Origin: Nymphaea colorata | Taxonomy: Eukaryota | Reading direction: 5' to 3' | Length of the DNA: 64,000 bases | NCBI RefSeq assembly: GCF_008831285.2 | Contig: NC_045138.2 | Coordinates: forward strand, 16,802,001 to 16,866,000 | Shown: positions 11,399 through 25,793 of the stretch, one piece after another | Layout: every line of letters starts with the position of its first letter | Numbering within the stretch: position 1 is the first letter of the stretch | Notes under the pieces: generated by a model | Told to the model about the DNA's origin: nothing | What the model saw: only the letters and a program-made list of their open reading frames with translations | Database searches by the model: none | Made by a program: the position numbers and the translations under genes

Positions 11399-13931
11399 AT
11401 GTCGGCCGGTGAGCTCGCCTGTACATACGCGGCTCTTATCCTCCATGACGATGGCATCCCCATCACAGTAAGCCTTTAAACATTAGTTTTTTTTTTTCTT
11501 TTGTGTTTCCCAGTTTCTCATTATTTTCTCTTCCATTTCCTAGTTTTTTATTATTTTTTTTTAATTGTCACATTTTATTTCTCTGGTGAGAGATATGTTT
11601 TGGTTGATTGTTTTCGATGTTGTATGGTTCGCGTGATTGGTTCCGTGGATGAGAATCGCGCTAGAATAGGTCGTATACGATTTGACTATTCATTTCTTAT
11701 AATTTCTTTCGTATGCGATCTTCATTGATTCGTCGGTTCATACTAGATCCGAGATTAGTTGGTTATATTTGGTGCGTTTAATGAGATTCTGGTGTGTTCC
11801 TTTTAGGGCTTCGTTAATATGATAAGGTGCCGTTCGTCGTCTCTTTCATGCTGACCGCCTAACCCCCCCAGGCTTATGTCACTGCATTTTTTGTGCGTAT
11901 TTGGAGGCAACGCTGTTTGAGAGTAGAAGGAGCACATCCTTTTTTGGGCAAATTCTGAAGCAACATAGATGGTTTTCCATTCTAGCGGCTAGTTTCTCCT
12001 TCGACATTTTTATTTCGCGTGGCTTATGTTCTTCCAGTTGTCATCGAGGATTTGTTAGTGATAGCCAGCCCGATTGAATACATGTTTAATAATGTGGAGA
12101 CTCACGTTTAGGCTTCTCTCAGTAAGTTGGAATCTTGGGAACACTTGAGGGTGTTCTTGTTGAACCAAAATGTGGTTCTTTTAGTGAGATGAAGTAACTA
12201 ACATGCTAAATTTATTCTGGTACACGTAGACAGGCGAGAATTGTATCACTTTTATGTGTTGAACTTTTTCCGCATGTTCATTCATATTTACAAATTACAG
12301 CTAGTTAATTTCGTGGAGGTGAATGTGTTTACGTGAATCACTCTGATTTGCAATTTTCTTGACATTCCTTGCATGAAATAATGTTGAAACTGGAGAGAAT
12401 TTTGTGAGTCCTTCTAGACTTGAAAAGATTTTGGCCAAGTAATCGACAGTTGATTTCTGGTAGTTTATTGATACTTGGACTGTTTTGGTTCCTTATTCAC
12501 ATATATATTTTTTTATTTATTTTTGAAGACCACTTCTGCTGATCAATTTTTTTCTGTTTTTGAAATAGGCTGAGAAGATTTCTACTTTAGTTAAGTCTGC
12601 AAAAGTCAATGTTGAGTCATATTGGCCCAGCTTATTTGCTAAGCTTTTGGAGAGGAGGAATGTCGAGGATCTTATCTTGAGTGCTGGCTCTGGTAAAAGC
12701 AAAAAAAGTGAATTTGGCTTTTAGATGGCTATCATCTGTTGTTGAGTTATTTGTAAATTTGGTATTTGAATTCCTTTCAGGTGGTGGTGGTGCAGCTGTG
12801 GCAGTTTCAGCACCTGCTGGTGGTGGTGCAGCTGATAGTGGTGCTGCCGCTGCTCCTGCTGCCGAGGAAAAGAAGGTACTTTTATTAATATAGTCTTTCA
12901 TCTCCCAAAGTGTTTCACTGCTCATTTAGCTCATGGGAAATGGTTATTTTTTGTCCTCTTGTTTCATTTTATGCTGTAATGCTCATGTCAAGGTATTGCA
13001 TTTTATATCATTAGGCTCTTGTAAAATTTATATTTTCCTGAAAAAATGTTTTCCAACTTCTTTGGCCAGTCTGGATTTTGTTTTCACGTGACTCCTTACC
13101 AACTTTGTGGAATTGGATGGTCCGGGATGATCAATTCATCCAGTTTTTGCATGGCAACGTTCCTGCAATTTTGTGATTGTGTCCATTATTGAGGACATGA
13201 TAATTGGTAATAAAATACTTGTTTTCTTCTTACTTCCTGTCCATTATGGATGGAAAATTCACAATTCAAAATTGTATCACAAGCATATGGTTTCTTTATC
13301 CATTAACTTCAGTTATTGGTGAAGGACTGAGCCACCTCCTCCAGTGTGCTACAAGCCCCATATATTTGTATGGTACTATGATCTACTATATAAGCTGTAG
13401 ATTGTAAAAAAAGAGGGGAGTTGGGAGATAACACTGTAACAGCCCTGCTGAAGCTCCTATTTCATTTATGAGATGCTTCAAAATTCTTATAGAAAAGCAT
13501 TGAGTTAGTTTCTTTATTGCAGGTGCTGACAACTTAGATATTTGAAGTTTGATAAATTATTGGAAAGAATTTCTAGTTTATCTTGGCTATGGTTTTGGTT
13601 GCGATACCTGGAATACCAAATATGATGTTTCATAGGACAACATGATTGACGATGGGGCTGAGAGGTCTCTTTTGTTGTGGTTGTTTTCCCATTTTGCAAG
13701 CGTATGAGTTATTGTTATAAATGTTATAGAGGGCCCTTTGGTTGTGGTTGTTTTTCCATTTGCAAGCATCAGTTATTGTTACAACTGTTATCCTTGATCA
13801 ACTATTTGCTAAATTGAGCTTGACTGTTTGACACTTAAGTTGAGATGTTACTCATTATGATTCTCCTTTGTCAACAGGAGGAGCCTAAAGAAGAAAGTGA
13901 CGACGACATGGGCTTCAGCTTGTTTGATTAG
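11399..13931 (+). CDS. RPP1: 60S acidic ribosomal protein P1
   Basis: Exons 11399-11467, 12569-12692, 12781-12875, 13878-13931 (probable 5' UTR intron ~11298-11378). Protein [51 protein letters not shown]... with Ala/Gly hinge and [21 protein letters not shown] terminus. Confidence 0.96.
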
Positions 13932-16900
13932 ATTCTGTGGTGTGGTTTTTGTGTTTTGTTTTTATCAGTTTAACGTTAAGTATACACTAGGTTTTTGTTC
14001 GGTTTCATAGAAGGAAGATTCTCCTTTGTTATTTCGTTGCGGAATGTAAGCAAACCCAGTTCGAACCGTTGCTGGCTGAGTAATGAATGCATTTAACTCA
14101 CTATTTTGGTGATAACTCGGTTGTGATCACTGTGCTGTTCTATCTCTTGGTTTACTCCCCAGAGCATTAGCTGGCCGCTTAGCTTAGATAGTTAGATGGT
14201 ATGTTGCTTCTGCCTTCGGGACAAACTTTTTGCCCTATGAGTTGTGTGCTAGTGTTCACAGATGATTTGGTACCCGACTCCGCGACTGTTCTCTAAGTGA
14301 GGACGCCTGCGTCAGACGAACAAAGTGTTACTGTTTGAATCATTCCATGTGTAGAGCTGGATTATGTCTAGCACTTAGAAAAGGTTCTCCTCGAGCAAAA
14401 AGGTGTTGTTCCCAGCGTCCTTTTTTTTGGCAGAGAAGCTTGAACCCCACCACCTGCATCTCAATGAAAGGAGCTTAGGGGAAATGCTCGTTTCAGGAAT
14501 TGGGTACGGATGGTATATGAAACCAGCAAACTGGTTAAACATTTTGGCCGAGGATTATTGACTAGTCCAATTTCAATTTTTACCTTCGCTTCTTTCTCCA
14601 TTACTTTTATCTGGTCAGAACTTGGCACTGTTTTTCTCTTAATTGAGCAGTACTTTGTACGCGTCTATAATGTTTACAAGTTTCATGTTTGGGATCATAT
14701 CTACGTTTACTTTTAAAAAGTGAGTGGAGCGTGTACAAGGGACTCACTACTTTACCGTGCCATGCCTGCGAAGGAGAAGTCGCCTCCCCAACGGAGTTAA
14801 AATTTGAAGGCTTAAAGGCCTTTTGAATCCTCACAACACGCTCGTCGGAGCAAAGCACAACGGGGCTGAGTCCTGCAAGAGGAGACGAACTCATAACCAG
14901 TCGCCTATTAGTCAGGGCCCTCCCTCCTTGTACAACTGTGCGAATGGTTGTACGGTCAGTGGGGGTGTTAGGTAAAGGTCAATGAACAATTAAACAAGTT
15001 CATTTTTTTCCGTTTTTTTTATTGAGATTGATAGTTGAAAGAGAAAGTGTTCGTGTACTTAAGTCTTACATTTTGGAAATTATTTAACTTCTGTTGCTTA
15101 AGCTTATCATTATTATGATTAATTTTTTCGTAACTGTGACCCCTCTATGTGCGCTTTTTGTATAGGTAATAGGCTGATGATTTATTTTGTTTTCTAGAGA
15201 GGTGGTTTTGTTCATGTATGGGGTGTCTGCTTTTCTTTGGTTTGGTGAAAAGTCGGAAACCATGTCCATGCCCATCTTTTTACAAGCAATCATTTAAAAA
15301 CAATGTTGTTAGTAATATCATATGTATCACAGATTGATTCGGGTCAACATGGCTTGTCATTCTTGAACTTTGATTGTTTATTATTTTAATCACGTCTGTT
15401 AGTTTTTTTTTTAAAAAAAAAATTAAAAAAACAAAACAAAACAAAACGCGTTCATCTCTCTTTTGACATGGCGGACGCACTTTTTACTTTTGTTTGATTA
15501 GTAAAACAATTATACATGTAAAGGAGATGAAATCTCATGGGCATCTTGATCTCCATCCAATCATAGCCGCCAAATGCCCTGCATCTGGTAAATTCGATGC
15601 AACGGATTGCAAAAAATCTAATTAAATACAATGCCTTATACAACGAGACTGAATCCACTGAAACTATGACAAAGATTGTTTGAAAAAAAAAAGAATAAAA
15701 ACATCTACAAGTGACACATGGCACCATTAAATCCGTCATTGAATGGAACAATTTTGCCACCAATTCTATTCAAATCAGCCGACTTAGGCCAATCGCATAT
15801 AGGTCGATTTAAAGGGCTTGATGGGATTCATGTCATGACGTTCCATTTAGACCTGATAGAGTGCACACTTTTCAACCAAGATCGCATTAGTTGACGCATG
15901 GCACAACGAAGACCGTGGATGGAGAATAAGGTTCAATCATACGATAGCGATAAGCATCTATTGGTTGTGAGGGATGATGATAAAGAATTGAAGATAGATA
16001 GAAGGGTTGGTGCAAAGGATGAGATCAATCTCCGTTTTGAGTGAGCATTCGTAATGTTAATGTTAATTTTTATTATAAGTTGAAGCATAGTGAAAGCATG
16101 CATTAAAAACAAACTTTTGTAAATTGAAACATGAACAAAAGGATTGATCGATGAACGATAAGACACAATACTCATCAGATAAAGAATGAAAGGCCGAGAA
16201 GAAGAGGAAGCTCCGTGCCAAAATAAAGCTTGCCCTTTGTGGTGGCCGTGCTTTTCCCTTTGCTTTTTAAATCCTCCTTAATAAGCACCAGCCATATCTA
16301 GGATGGTCCCGTTTGAATTGCGTGGCACACAGCCCAAACAACTAATAGGCGAATCTGTGCTTCGAGAGAAAAACAAACGAGTTTTTTTTTTTTTTTTGCA
16401 TTGAAATATTTCTCAAGAAAATGCTTCAATTTAATAATATGATAATAGTAAGAAAATAACAACATAACACTTTAAAGCAAAGTTAAAGAAAAAAAGTTCA
16501 GTTCATGAACTCACTGCCAATTAAGTGAATCGGCCGATTTACTGATTCGGTTTAACTGGTTGCGAATCGGACCAAATAGCAAAAAAAGCCATTTAAAAAA
16601 TCAATAACAAATTAAAATTGAAACATGACAGAAAATGACGCATTGCACTTTTGTATTGAATGGGCCAACCTTAACAACATTGCTTCAGAGTTTGGCAGTG
16701 ATAAAGACTGCTTAAATTTATAATATTATTAAAAAACGCATTTAGATTTTTTGATAGTTAAGAAGATGTTAGAGTCTATTGATGTATGTATGAGTCGATT
16801 ATCGTTCTTAGCCTTCAAAATTGGCATGAAACGTATTGACTTTGGCAATATGATTAGGTTTTTGAAAAGCGCTTACCTAATGAACCAAAAAGGCTAATTC

Positions 16901-17897
16901 ATCTATATTATAAGTAACCATCTATTAATTTAATTAATAAATTTGAGCTAATAAGGATGAAACTTGTTTACAACGAGGGTACTTTAATTATTATATAATA
17001 TTAACTTAAATTACTACAGATAACATCAAGTTGTTTTTTCATTAATAGTGTAAAAGATTAAGCAGGCTATTGATAATAATGAAGTAGCTGCGCTTTTATT
17101 GCCACTTAAATAATTTTTAAAATTTCTCTAATACTAACAACACCAGAAATTTAAAAAAATATGAGAAAAAAAATTGTGGTCGAGAAAGTTTTAGTCGGCA
17201 TTGTATTTCACGTTGCAATCAAACCTTTTTGATGAAAAAAACATTTTCTTGTCCTCTTTTTCATGTGAGCCTCAATAAATATTTTTAAAATCGGTGCCTA
17301 CTTTTGGCAGTAGGTATTTCTAATGAATACATGCTCCAATTTTTTTTATTTTTAAAATCAATTTAAAATATTTAAACATTGGATTAATATGGAAACCTAT
17401 CAGTCTTTACCTCGCAATACCGACAAAAGTGTAATCGTCACTAAAATTAAACCTGAGACGTTGTTCATGTACTATCGGTCCACCCAACTACACTACATAC
17501 TGATTGGCAAATATATATGGGGACAAGTGGTCTCAATAATTAATGAGAGCAGGAATACTTTTCTTCAAAACTTTGGCTCCACGATAAAAAGAACCGAACT
17601 CTAGAAGAAAGAGACCGACGAAGAACACTTTTAATTGATCCCTAGATGAAAAAATGAAATCATTCTCTCGCAACTGGTGGGATTAGGATTCCCATTTCTC
17701 CATTTCTCGAAGCCAATGGTGAGTGAAATTTGAAGCCTTTCATCTCCAGCCACAGGTGACAATTGCTTGTTTCTTAGACGACTCAAACACATGTTTCTAC
17801 ATGTTACCACACTTTTATATTGAGCAGTCCTCTTGGTAACAAATACAACATACATTTTATTAATTGAAGAATGTATAATATATTAGAAAAAAAATCT

Positions 17898-17905
<8 letters not shown>

Positions 17906-17991
<86 letters not shown>
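17906..17991. repeat. Compound (CT)n(TA)n microsatellite
   Basis: Direct reading. Confidence 0.95.
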
Positions 17992-17994
<3 letters not shown>

Positions 17995-20060
17995 GAAGCA
18001 ATCAACTTTCCCTACCGGGCGAAACAAACAGGGTTTTTGATTTCTTATCGCGAGGGGAAAGTTGGTGCAAGAACATAATAAGGGAAGGCCAAGTAGGCGT
18101 TCGGTAAGCAAGATGGTATCTATTGGATCCGGTATCATATTGTTTTTATCCAGATATTGATGTGACGTGCCAGCCGTCGACAGGTCCATTTGATGCGATT
18201 TTTACAAGTCCCAGACCCGACCAGAAAATTCAGAATCGGAGCCCAATTCGAAATTAACTAAAATTAGTAACCGTCATTTCGGGCCAATTGGTCATTAGCA
18301 CGTGGGTCAGATCCATCCTGTGCCAGATTCAAATTCAGGTTTTCTTTAACCTGATTGGGACTTGTATTCAAGCTCAAATTTTCGAAACCAAATCCGGATC
18401 CAATGGCTCTGGGCTTACACAAAAGGTGGATCAGATTCTTGATCAAGATTTGATGTTGTTTTTATAAACTTAATGATACATGTATTCGGTGATAAAAAAT
18501 TAAAAAACACAAAAAATCAGAAATATGACCTGAATTTTGTGAAAACTATAAAATTAATGCACGTAATTTTATCAACCCATAAAATCTTATTAAAACATGT
18601 ACAAAAAATATGCGAGAAATACTTGAAAACATTGACTTAATTTAAAATTATAAGCACGTCTCACAACCTTTTTTTTCCCCCCCACAAAATGGGCGCTTTA
18701 TGAAAATTATGAACAATATTTAGGCAGAAAAACAGAAAAAACAAATAGAACACAGAACGGGTAAGAACTGGATCAGATCGAATCGAATCTGATTTAACAA
18801 AAAATAATGAAACTCTCAGACTAGACCCGGCCCGCAAGCTCTGGACATAAAAAATTGAAAGCAAAGATTTCTTGACTTTTTTTTCCAACTGCGTTTGACC
18901 CTGCACAAAATTCGGCCCCTAAAGTCGCTTTTGCTTCAGATCTGATTCCTGAACTTTCGCAGATTCTTTTATCACGAGTACTAAAAGGAATCGCAAACAA
19001 AGAATATCATACCGACTTTTTTAATCATACCCGAGAAAGCAAATTCACTTTCAGCCAATTAATTAATTAATTAATTGATAGAGATGTAAATGGAACAGGA
19101 CGATCGAATTGTCGGCCCCAAACGGGTTGGATCCTCCAAAAAGAAAAATAGATACAAAATGAACCAATCACCTTTATAGTTGTGTTTGATAGCTTTGGAT
19201 TTTAGATCTGTTTAACAATAATCATGGATTTAAAGTCAGAGAGAAAGAGGCGATCCGACCTTAAATTCTTGGTCGTAGTCGTAAGAAAAAGTACTTTCTC
19301 GTAATCAAATAGTAACAATTAATTAAAAAAAGATGAAATTTAAACAGTTTTATTTGAAGTTAGCAAAATATATTTCCTTTTCCTGAAGTAATCCTCTGAT
19401 AGTGAATCATATTATCATTGGTAGACTGATTTTAACAGATTTTTTTTATTAATGCTAAAAAAAAACTTCACATCATTATCACATTATGGGTACACCACTC
19501 CATGTGTCAACTACCAGTCTAGCACCAAATAATTTATTGATTCGATAAATTTTTTAATTGTTCGAAGAGTATGAATTTCATTTATTAAAATAATAAATAA
19601 AATATTTTTTCAAAAATAAAAAATTACCAATAAAATGAGGCCGAAGAGGCTAGCCTGCGATTTTTTTGTTGGACCGCGGAAACAAGGGTGTGGCCCGTGT
19701 GGTCCACGATAGGCCTCGTCGGTGGACCAACCGATACGGAAATTTGCGACTCGCCCAATTTCCGGTTCCTAATATGGGATCCCAGTCCTGTGAGTCGAGG
19801 GTGTTTTCGAAATTTAACTGCTATAAAGGCCAATGCCTCCCTCCATTTCCCTTCCCTCCATGCAACGTCTGGCACTTCATCCCTGACGAAGAAGAAGGAG
19901 AAGAAGAAGAAGCAGAAGGAGAAGGAGAAACCTTAGTAGACAAAAGGAGGGAAGAAGAAGAAGGAAAAACTTTAGTAGATAAAAGGAGGAGGGAAGAAGA
20001 ATTTGGGTACTGTATTGGATTGAGAAGGAGTTCCCTGAATCGGAATTCCGGACGTAGGTA

Positions 20061-23000
20061 ATGGAGAAAAAGACGGAATTCTTGCCGGCGGAGGCGGAGA
20101 AGAAAGCGGCTATTTCGTTGAAGGCGTCGTCGACGGCTTGGCCGGACGGAGACCCGTCCCTTGACCTGATAATCCCTGGGCTGCCGAATGACCTCGCTTT
20201 TCTCTGCCTCGCCTTCCTACCCTTCTCCCACTACAACCGCCTCAAGCCGACATCCAAGGCCTGGCGCTCCGCGCTGTCCTCCAAGTTCCTCTTCGACCTC
20301 CGTCGAGAATGGCGGCGAACCGAGGAGTTCCTTTGCGTATTCCCTTCCGACCCGTCGCTCTCCACCGGGGCGCTTTTCGACCCGCGCTTCCTCCTCTGGT
20401 CTCTCCTCCCACCCATGCCCTGCCACCCTCACCGCTTTGACCTGTCCAATTTCGTCTGCGCATCCGCCGGTTCCTCCCTTTTCGTCCTCGGTGGGTCCTT
20501 CTTCGATGCTCGATCCTATCCCCTTGGCGTCCCGCTTCCTTCCTCTGCCGTTTTCAGCCTCAGTCTTCCTGATTTCTCGTGGCAGCCGAGATCGCCTATG
20601 CTAAACGGTCGTGCTGGTTTCGCCTGTGCGACTCGGCCTAGTGCCGATGGAAGAACCTGCATTTTCGTGGCCGGTGGCGGGTCGAGGCATTTGGAATTGG
20701 GGGTTGGTGGGCTGAGAATCGGGGCCGTCGAGTGGTATGACGTGGAGAAGGACGAGTGGTTCGCGATGGATGAGCAATTGCCTGACGTTAGGGCGGGGTG
20801 CGTGGGTTTTTTCTTGGGGGAGGATGAGTTCTGGGTAATGGGTGGTTATGGGGATTGCCGGACGGTGTCCGGGGTTTTTCCGGTGGATGATTATTACCGT
20901 GACGGCGCTGTGCTCGGACTGAAGCGTGGGCAGTGGCGGTCGATCGAGCCTATGTGGGAAGAAGGGGAGCGATGGCGTCTCGGTAGCATCGTGGTAGTGG
21001 AAGGTGAATGCGGGGAAGCTCCAGAAATTTTTATGCTCGAGGAGAGCACAATTTTCAGGTACGAGTTTCCCTTCCCAAAATTGAGTTCTCAGGGAACTCT
21101 GTTTTCCTCCCACTGCTTGTTGCTTGTGAAGCCCAATTGGGATTAATTATTTGTGTATCTTAATGGCAATTCATCTTTCGACAGTTTTTTGTTTCAACAA
21201 AAGCCAACTAAAATGTTTTTGCGATGTCGATTTTTATATCTGATTTGGGCTTCTACAGACCATCAAAGGAGAGGAGCAAAAAGGGGGACGATGGGAGATG
21301 GAAGTGGCTACCACTAACGTTCTTTTATTCCCTTTTGATTTTATTGCCTCAAAAACTCCTCAAATGCTGTTTTAGGAAATTCTGCTTTCGTAACCGTTTA
21401 GTTTCTGCCATGACTCTCCGTAAATATGGTAGCAGCCTCCGCCGGTCAGGAAACATATTCCGTTCTTCATTGCTTGCTTTTTTCATGTGAGAGGCACAGG
21501 CCGTTGTGCATTTTGCCGTGTCGTTGCATACTTCATAATTTTACGGCACAAATTCTTTGTGTCATTGAGGTCCAGCCTCCACTCTGGCCCACCTTGCATC
21601 TGCTTATTTGTCCTTTTTTGGCTTGCCTTGACTTTTTGAGTTAGGAATCTATGAGATTTCTGAGTATGCAATAGTAAAAGAAAAGGACCCTGAAGACTGG
21701 CACTAACCGGTTTAGTTATGATGCTGCTGAGTGACTGCACTCGATCCCAGGTGCCTGCTAACGCACCTTGGATGGCTATAAGAAGCTCCAGTTTTGATCC
21801 CTAATTAGAAAAGAAGAGAGGTGCACTTTAGGGTGGGAATGTTTGGTCTTATAGCTTTGTGGCGTTCTGTTGTTTAGGTTCTAACATATTACCTTGTTAT
21901 GTAGCCTTCTCATGTAGCTGCAACTTCATTTGTGACTTTTCCTTTTTTCGATTACAATTTTTCTCTTCTCTCGCATTCCCAAAGATTTTACTGTTCATTG
22001 GAGTTTGATTTAATACCACTTGGATGTCGCTATCTTGAATTTTTCAGTTAGGTTGAGAGCGGTGTGACGTTTGTTGTTAAATATTGTAATGTTTTGTCTG
22101 AAAAGTTATTAGTGGACTTCTAGATAGCTCCCGGAAAATGAACAGCTGCGGTCTACAGACACGCGATAGATGAGTTCCACTAAAAAATTGATCATCATGA
22201 AATTTACTGTATCTTTTGCTTGGGAACATGGTATGTACTTAGGACTTCTTTCGTTTGATCATATGTGATCTTAAGAAGGACCATTGTAACATTCCACTAG
22301 ATTGAAGAAGAGACTTTTGGTAACAATTGGACAGCTAGGAAGGTTGATGGTGATGGTTTTGTAGTTTTTATTGTTGGAGGGGAGTATAGCAACTTTTGGA
22401 GGGACCAAGTTTGAAGATCCTGTGGTAGTCTGTCCTGCTTCAGTTGAGTTGCATGTGCGATCAAGGAAGAATCTTAATTGGCTGACTGTTTCTCATTTTT
22501 GATCCCTTTGAAATATTATGTGGTTTCTGTGGTTTCACATGTTTTGTCTTTTTTCTCCACTTGATAACTCCTTATCACATGGTTCTTGTTCTCAAAAGAA
22601 AAAAGGGTTTTTTACTTTAATAAAGAAAAATCATTCTTTTCTTGACCTTTATCTGTTCTCCCCTTTCTGTTGCCATCTGCTAGCAATATTAATATGAGAA
22701 TCACTCAGATTCATCTTTCCCTGCAAACCCAGCTAAACTACTGTTAGTACGAAATCACGTGTTATTTGTATCATTACAAAGTATTTTGGTATTCTGGATT
22801 ATAATTTCTCCCTACCATGTGGAAGGTGTAAGTGAACCGAAATGGTGCTCATCAAATGAATATATCACAAAATAAATTATCTTATCATTGCAAGTGATAC
22901 TGTCGTAGTGCATATATTCAATTTTGTTGTCCGGAACTGGATATTGGTTACATTATATATGCTATATTTGGAATTTCCAGGATAAGCTTCATGAACATTA

Positions 23001-23676
23001 TTTTAGCTCCTTGAGAATATTGGGAACTTCTATGGATCTTGTAAATGGGTCTCTCTTTTAGGTGCTGTGGTTCCTCTATAGAACCCAAAGTGGTTGAGGA
23101 TTTTAGTCCCAGATAATTGAATTCAATTGAACCATAGTCTCAAAAAACAGTTTTGTTTTTTTAAAAAGTCTTAAAAATGCAAAAATCGGCGTGATTTTTA
23201 TGTTGGCTTCTCAAAAAAAGTGTTTCTTGCATAGCAGGTCTGAAGTTTAAATCCCATTACCATGGCAAGACAACCCTGGCTGCACGTTGCACGTACTTTG
23301 ATCTGTTGATTAAGTTGTGTCATGTCCAGTTCTGCTTTCTGTTCTTGTATCACCGGAATCTGATGAGTACCTTGAAATCATCTTCTCGATTGCTGAATGC
23401 AGGTTCGATAAAGCTTCAAACAAATGGGACATAGAATCTCCCTTACCGAGAAAGATTCAAGGAGATCGTTCAAATGGCTTTACTGCGCTTGATGGTGAAC
23501 TTCACGTAATGTCTGAGATGACGACTGATCTCGATTTAAGCAGGACACAGAAAGGGGTGCCACTTTTTATTCAAGTCTATCATCCTAAGAAAAAGACGTG
23601 GAAATTTCTTCGAACGAAATCCCCTGTAGGTAATATCGACTTTAGATATACAGTGATGTGCTCCATCCGCTTGTAA
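20061..23676 (+). CDS. F-box/kelch-repeat protein, OR23-like
   Basis: Exon 1 20061-21058 (AG|GTACG), exon 2 23403-23676. F-box LIIPGLPNDLAFLCLAFLP, kelch repeats (LFVLGGSFFDARSYP, IFVAGGGSRH, FWVMGGYGDCRTVSGVFPVDDYYRD) and C-terminal LFIQVYHPKKKTW...VMCSIRL typical of the OR23 (At4g03030) group. Confidence 0.9.
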
Positions 23677-24130
23677 AAATTTCCAACTACGTTCCATCTT
23701 ATGTGATCATAGTCCATATCTTCCTTGGTGTACTTACCTTGTCCATATCTGCCTTGGTGTACTTACCTTGTATAATCATGCTAATGATCTATTCTACCTC
23801 TGCGATGATGTACATATATTCCGCTGTAAACTTTTTAACTCCTCTGTACATGGTATGTGTTCTCTGCATCAGAGCTAATAAATATGTACTTTCTCATGCT
23901 CATACCTGAGTTCGATTGATCGTGCCCTTCGCTTCCAGCTAGCTGATATCTTCATTGATGATCTTCTAGTTTTCTCTCAAAAAAAAAAAAAAAAAATCAT
24001 GGCACTTTTACTTTTTTTTTTCCCCTGAAAATTCATAGGGTGAAAATTGGTTGACTTCTCCCCAATTTCGAAAGGTGGCCTGCGGGAAATGGGGGGAGAC
24101 AGAGAGACCATGTGGGTGATTTCCCACTAG

Positions 24131-24132
<2 letters not shown>

Positions 24133-24222
<90 letters not shown>
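24133..24222. repeat. Compound (TA)n(GA)n microsatellite
   Basis: Direct reading. Confidence 0.95.
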
Positions 24223-24224
<2 letters not shown>

Positions 24225-25049
24225 TGCAGAGAATGTGGAAAAAATGTTTCCCACTAAAAGGAGAGACGGGCATCGAAGAAGAGAAGTCTTGGGGCTTTGG
24301 GATAAGGTTCTGTAGTGAATATGGGAAAAAGTTTCCACTGGGGAGTAGGTTCTCAACTTTCCCACTCCTTGGGTTCCTTCCTGCATTCCGTGTGCTTGAT
24401 AGGTGGGACTTTATTATTGGTATTAGGAATCTATTCTTCAACATTTCCGTGACACCAATAATACTTCCAACCATGGGTTTGGAAGCAAACGAGTTTTAAG
24501 AAACTTGGATTGTTGGCAAGAACACACATTTAATTTAATTAAAAGGTATTGCTATACTTGGCTTCAATGTTGCTAAAACTTAATTTGATCTTTCGCAAGG
24601 TGAAGGGGATTTCCTGTTTTGCAAGTTCTAGGAATGGTAGAAATAGAACGCCCTGTTCTGCCTGTTTACCTGACAACGAATCAAACACACTTTTAAAGTT
24701 GAACCATGAGGGAACCAGTAAACGGATTTGGGCAGTCTAAGCTTCTGTTTATATTAAAAATTAATTAACTAGGTTAATTTAATAAAAAATGAAAAGCAGC
24801 TAACTACGATGCAAATAAGCAATTGATACACAATTGACGGCATTGCAACTAAATAGGATGTGCATCTATAACAAATTGTTCCTTTGGAAATAAGGAAGTA
24901 GGGTTGGCCAGAGGTCGAGGTCACCAATTAAGCTTCTAGTAACATAGTCGTGGACTATTAATCACCTTAGAGGACTTTAAGTTCAACCTTCAAACCGGTA
25001 GATGGTGCATTATTGGGCACGATCAAATCAGAATTTTTAGTGGTAATGT

Positions 25050-25240
25050 TGTAATACTTTAGAAGTTTACTCTTGTATCGAAGATTGTGAGAGATCTTCA
25101 AGGGCTTATAAATAGAGACCATTAATGAGTTGATTGTCTTGGTTTCTAACCTTTTTCACGTTAGGGCTAAAACTGCATGGGAGTGGATTAGGATCCATTG
25201 AACCAGGGGCTCGAGCCAAGGAGTGGGTCGGGTTGTTATA
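25050..25240. mobile_element. Short degenerate solo LTR/TRIM-like element (191 bp), copy 1
   Basis: tgtaatac...gggttgttata ends; flanks aatgt/aatat here and aatat/gatat in the paralog (consensus 5-bp TSD AATAT). Confidence 0.5.
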
Positions 25241-25273
25241 AATATAATAATATTAAACAGTCGTTATAGCTAA

Positions 25274-25317
25274 GGCTACGAACCACAGTGTCGGGAGTTC
25301 GAATCCCTCCTCGCCCA
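25274..25317 (+). pseudogene. trnR-ACG: 3' half of plastid tRNA-Arg(ACG) within the NUPT
   Basis: ggctacgaaccacagtgtcgggagttcgaatccctcctcgccca = anticodon arm, T arm and acceptor 3' strand of plastid trnR-ACG, followed by its native flank caaccggcc. The 5' half is missing. Confidence 0.85.
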
Positions 25318-25495
25318 CAACCGGCCTCAAAGGGGAAGGCCCCTTCCTTTCATAATTGTTCCAATAAAACCTTCTGCCGCGGTGTAACTGTTGATACACG
25401 GTCCAAGCTTCATTATGAATTCCTTTACCCTTAGTTTCGATATTCTCTTTATTAACAAATGACCATTATATTAGCTTAGCTAATAATGAATCCAA

Positions 25496-25649
25496 TACAA
25501 AAAGAAACTCCAGATATTTGATATCTTTTTCTTTGAATGAGATCTCAATTCCAGCTACTGTTTCATTAGATATCTTACAACTAGAATCCCTCTTTTTTTC
25601 GATCCAGTTCCTCCACCACCGCGAACCCCAATTAGATTCAGGCATGATA
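25496..25649 (-). pseudogene. ycf2: Plastid ycf2 fragment (N-terminal region) within the NUPT
   Basis: [51 protein letters not shown]. Confidence 0.9.
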
Positions 25650-25793
25650 TCCCATACTAATGGATGCAGATCCATAACCATGGGTTTCAATGCACGAGAT
25701 CTTATAGCACTTACCAATGAGGTCCTATCAATTAGTATTACACAAAAAAAATCAATTATAGACACTAATACAATTAGATCAGCTCTTCATAGA
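25650..25793 (+). pseudogene. ycf2: Plastid ycf2 fragment (C-terminal, post-ATPase region) within the NUPT
   Basis: [47 protein letters not shown]. Confidence 0.9.

Noticed and set aside
13620..13790. Possible C/D snoRNA in RPP1 intron 3
   Set aside because: Imperfect C box, only ~40 nt to CTGA, no terminal stem. The adjacent sequence is a simple ~68-bp tandem duplication.
14732..14934. ~200-bp segment bounded by tgtacaagg...ccttgtaca
   Set aside because: Only a 9-bp inverted repeat and no matching TSD; cannot be called a solo LTR or MITE.
17804..18189. ORFs with [12 protein letters not shown] runs (also 24033-24474, 26533-26733)
   Set aside because: Translations of TA/GA microsatellites.
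15000..19500. Multiple AT-rich MITE/hAT-like remnants between RPP1 and the F-box gene
   Set aside because: Subterminal-repeat-like motifs are visible but I could not define TIR/TSD pairs.
19666..20061. Glu-rich ORF ending in TAATG overlap with the F-box ATG
   Set aside because: TTG start; the in-frame ATG lies upstream of the likely TATA box; low complexity from GAA repeats.
25274..25317. Functional tRNA gene
   Set aside because: Lacks the 5' acceptor strand and D arm; it is a NUPT fragment.
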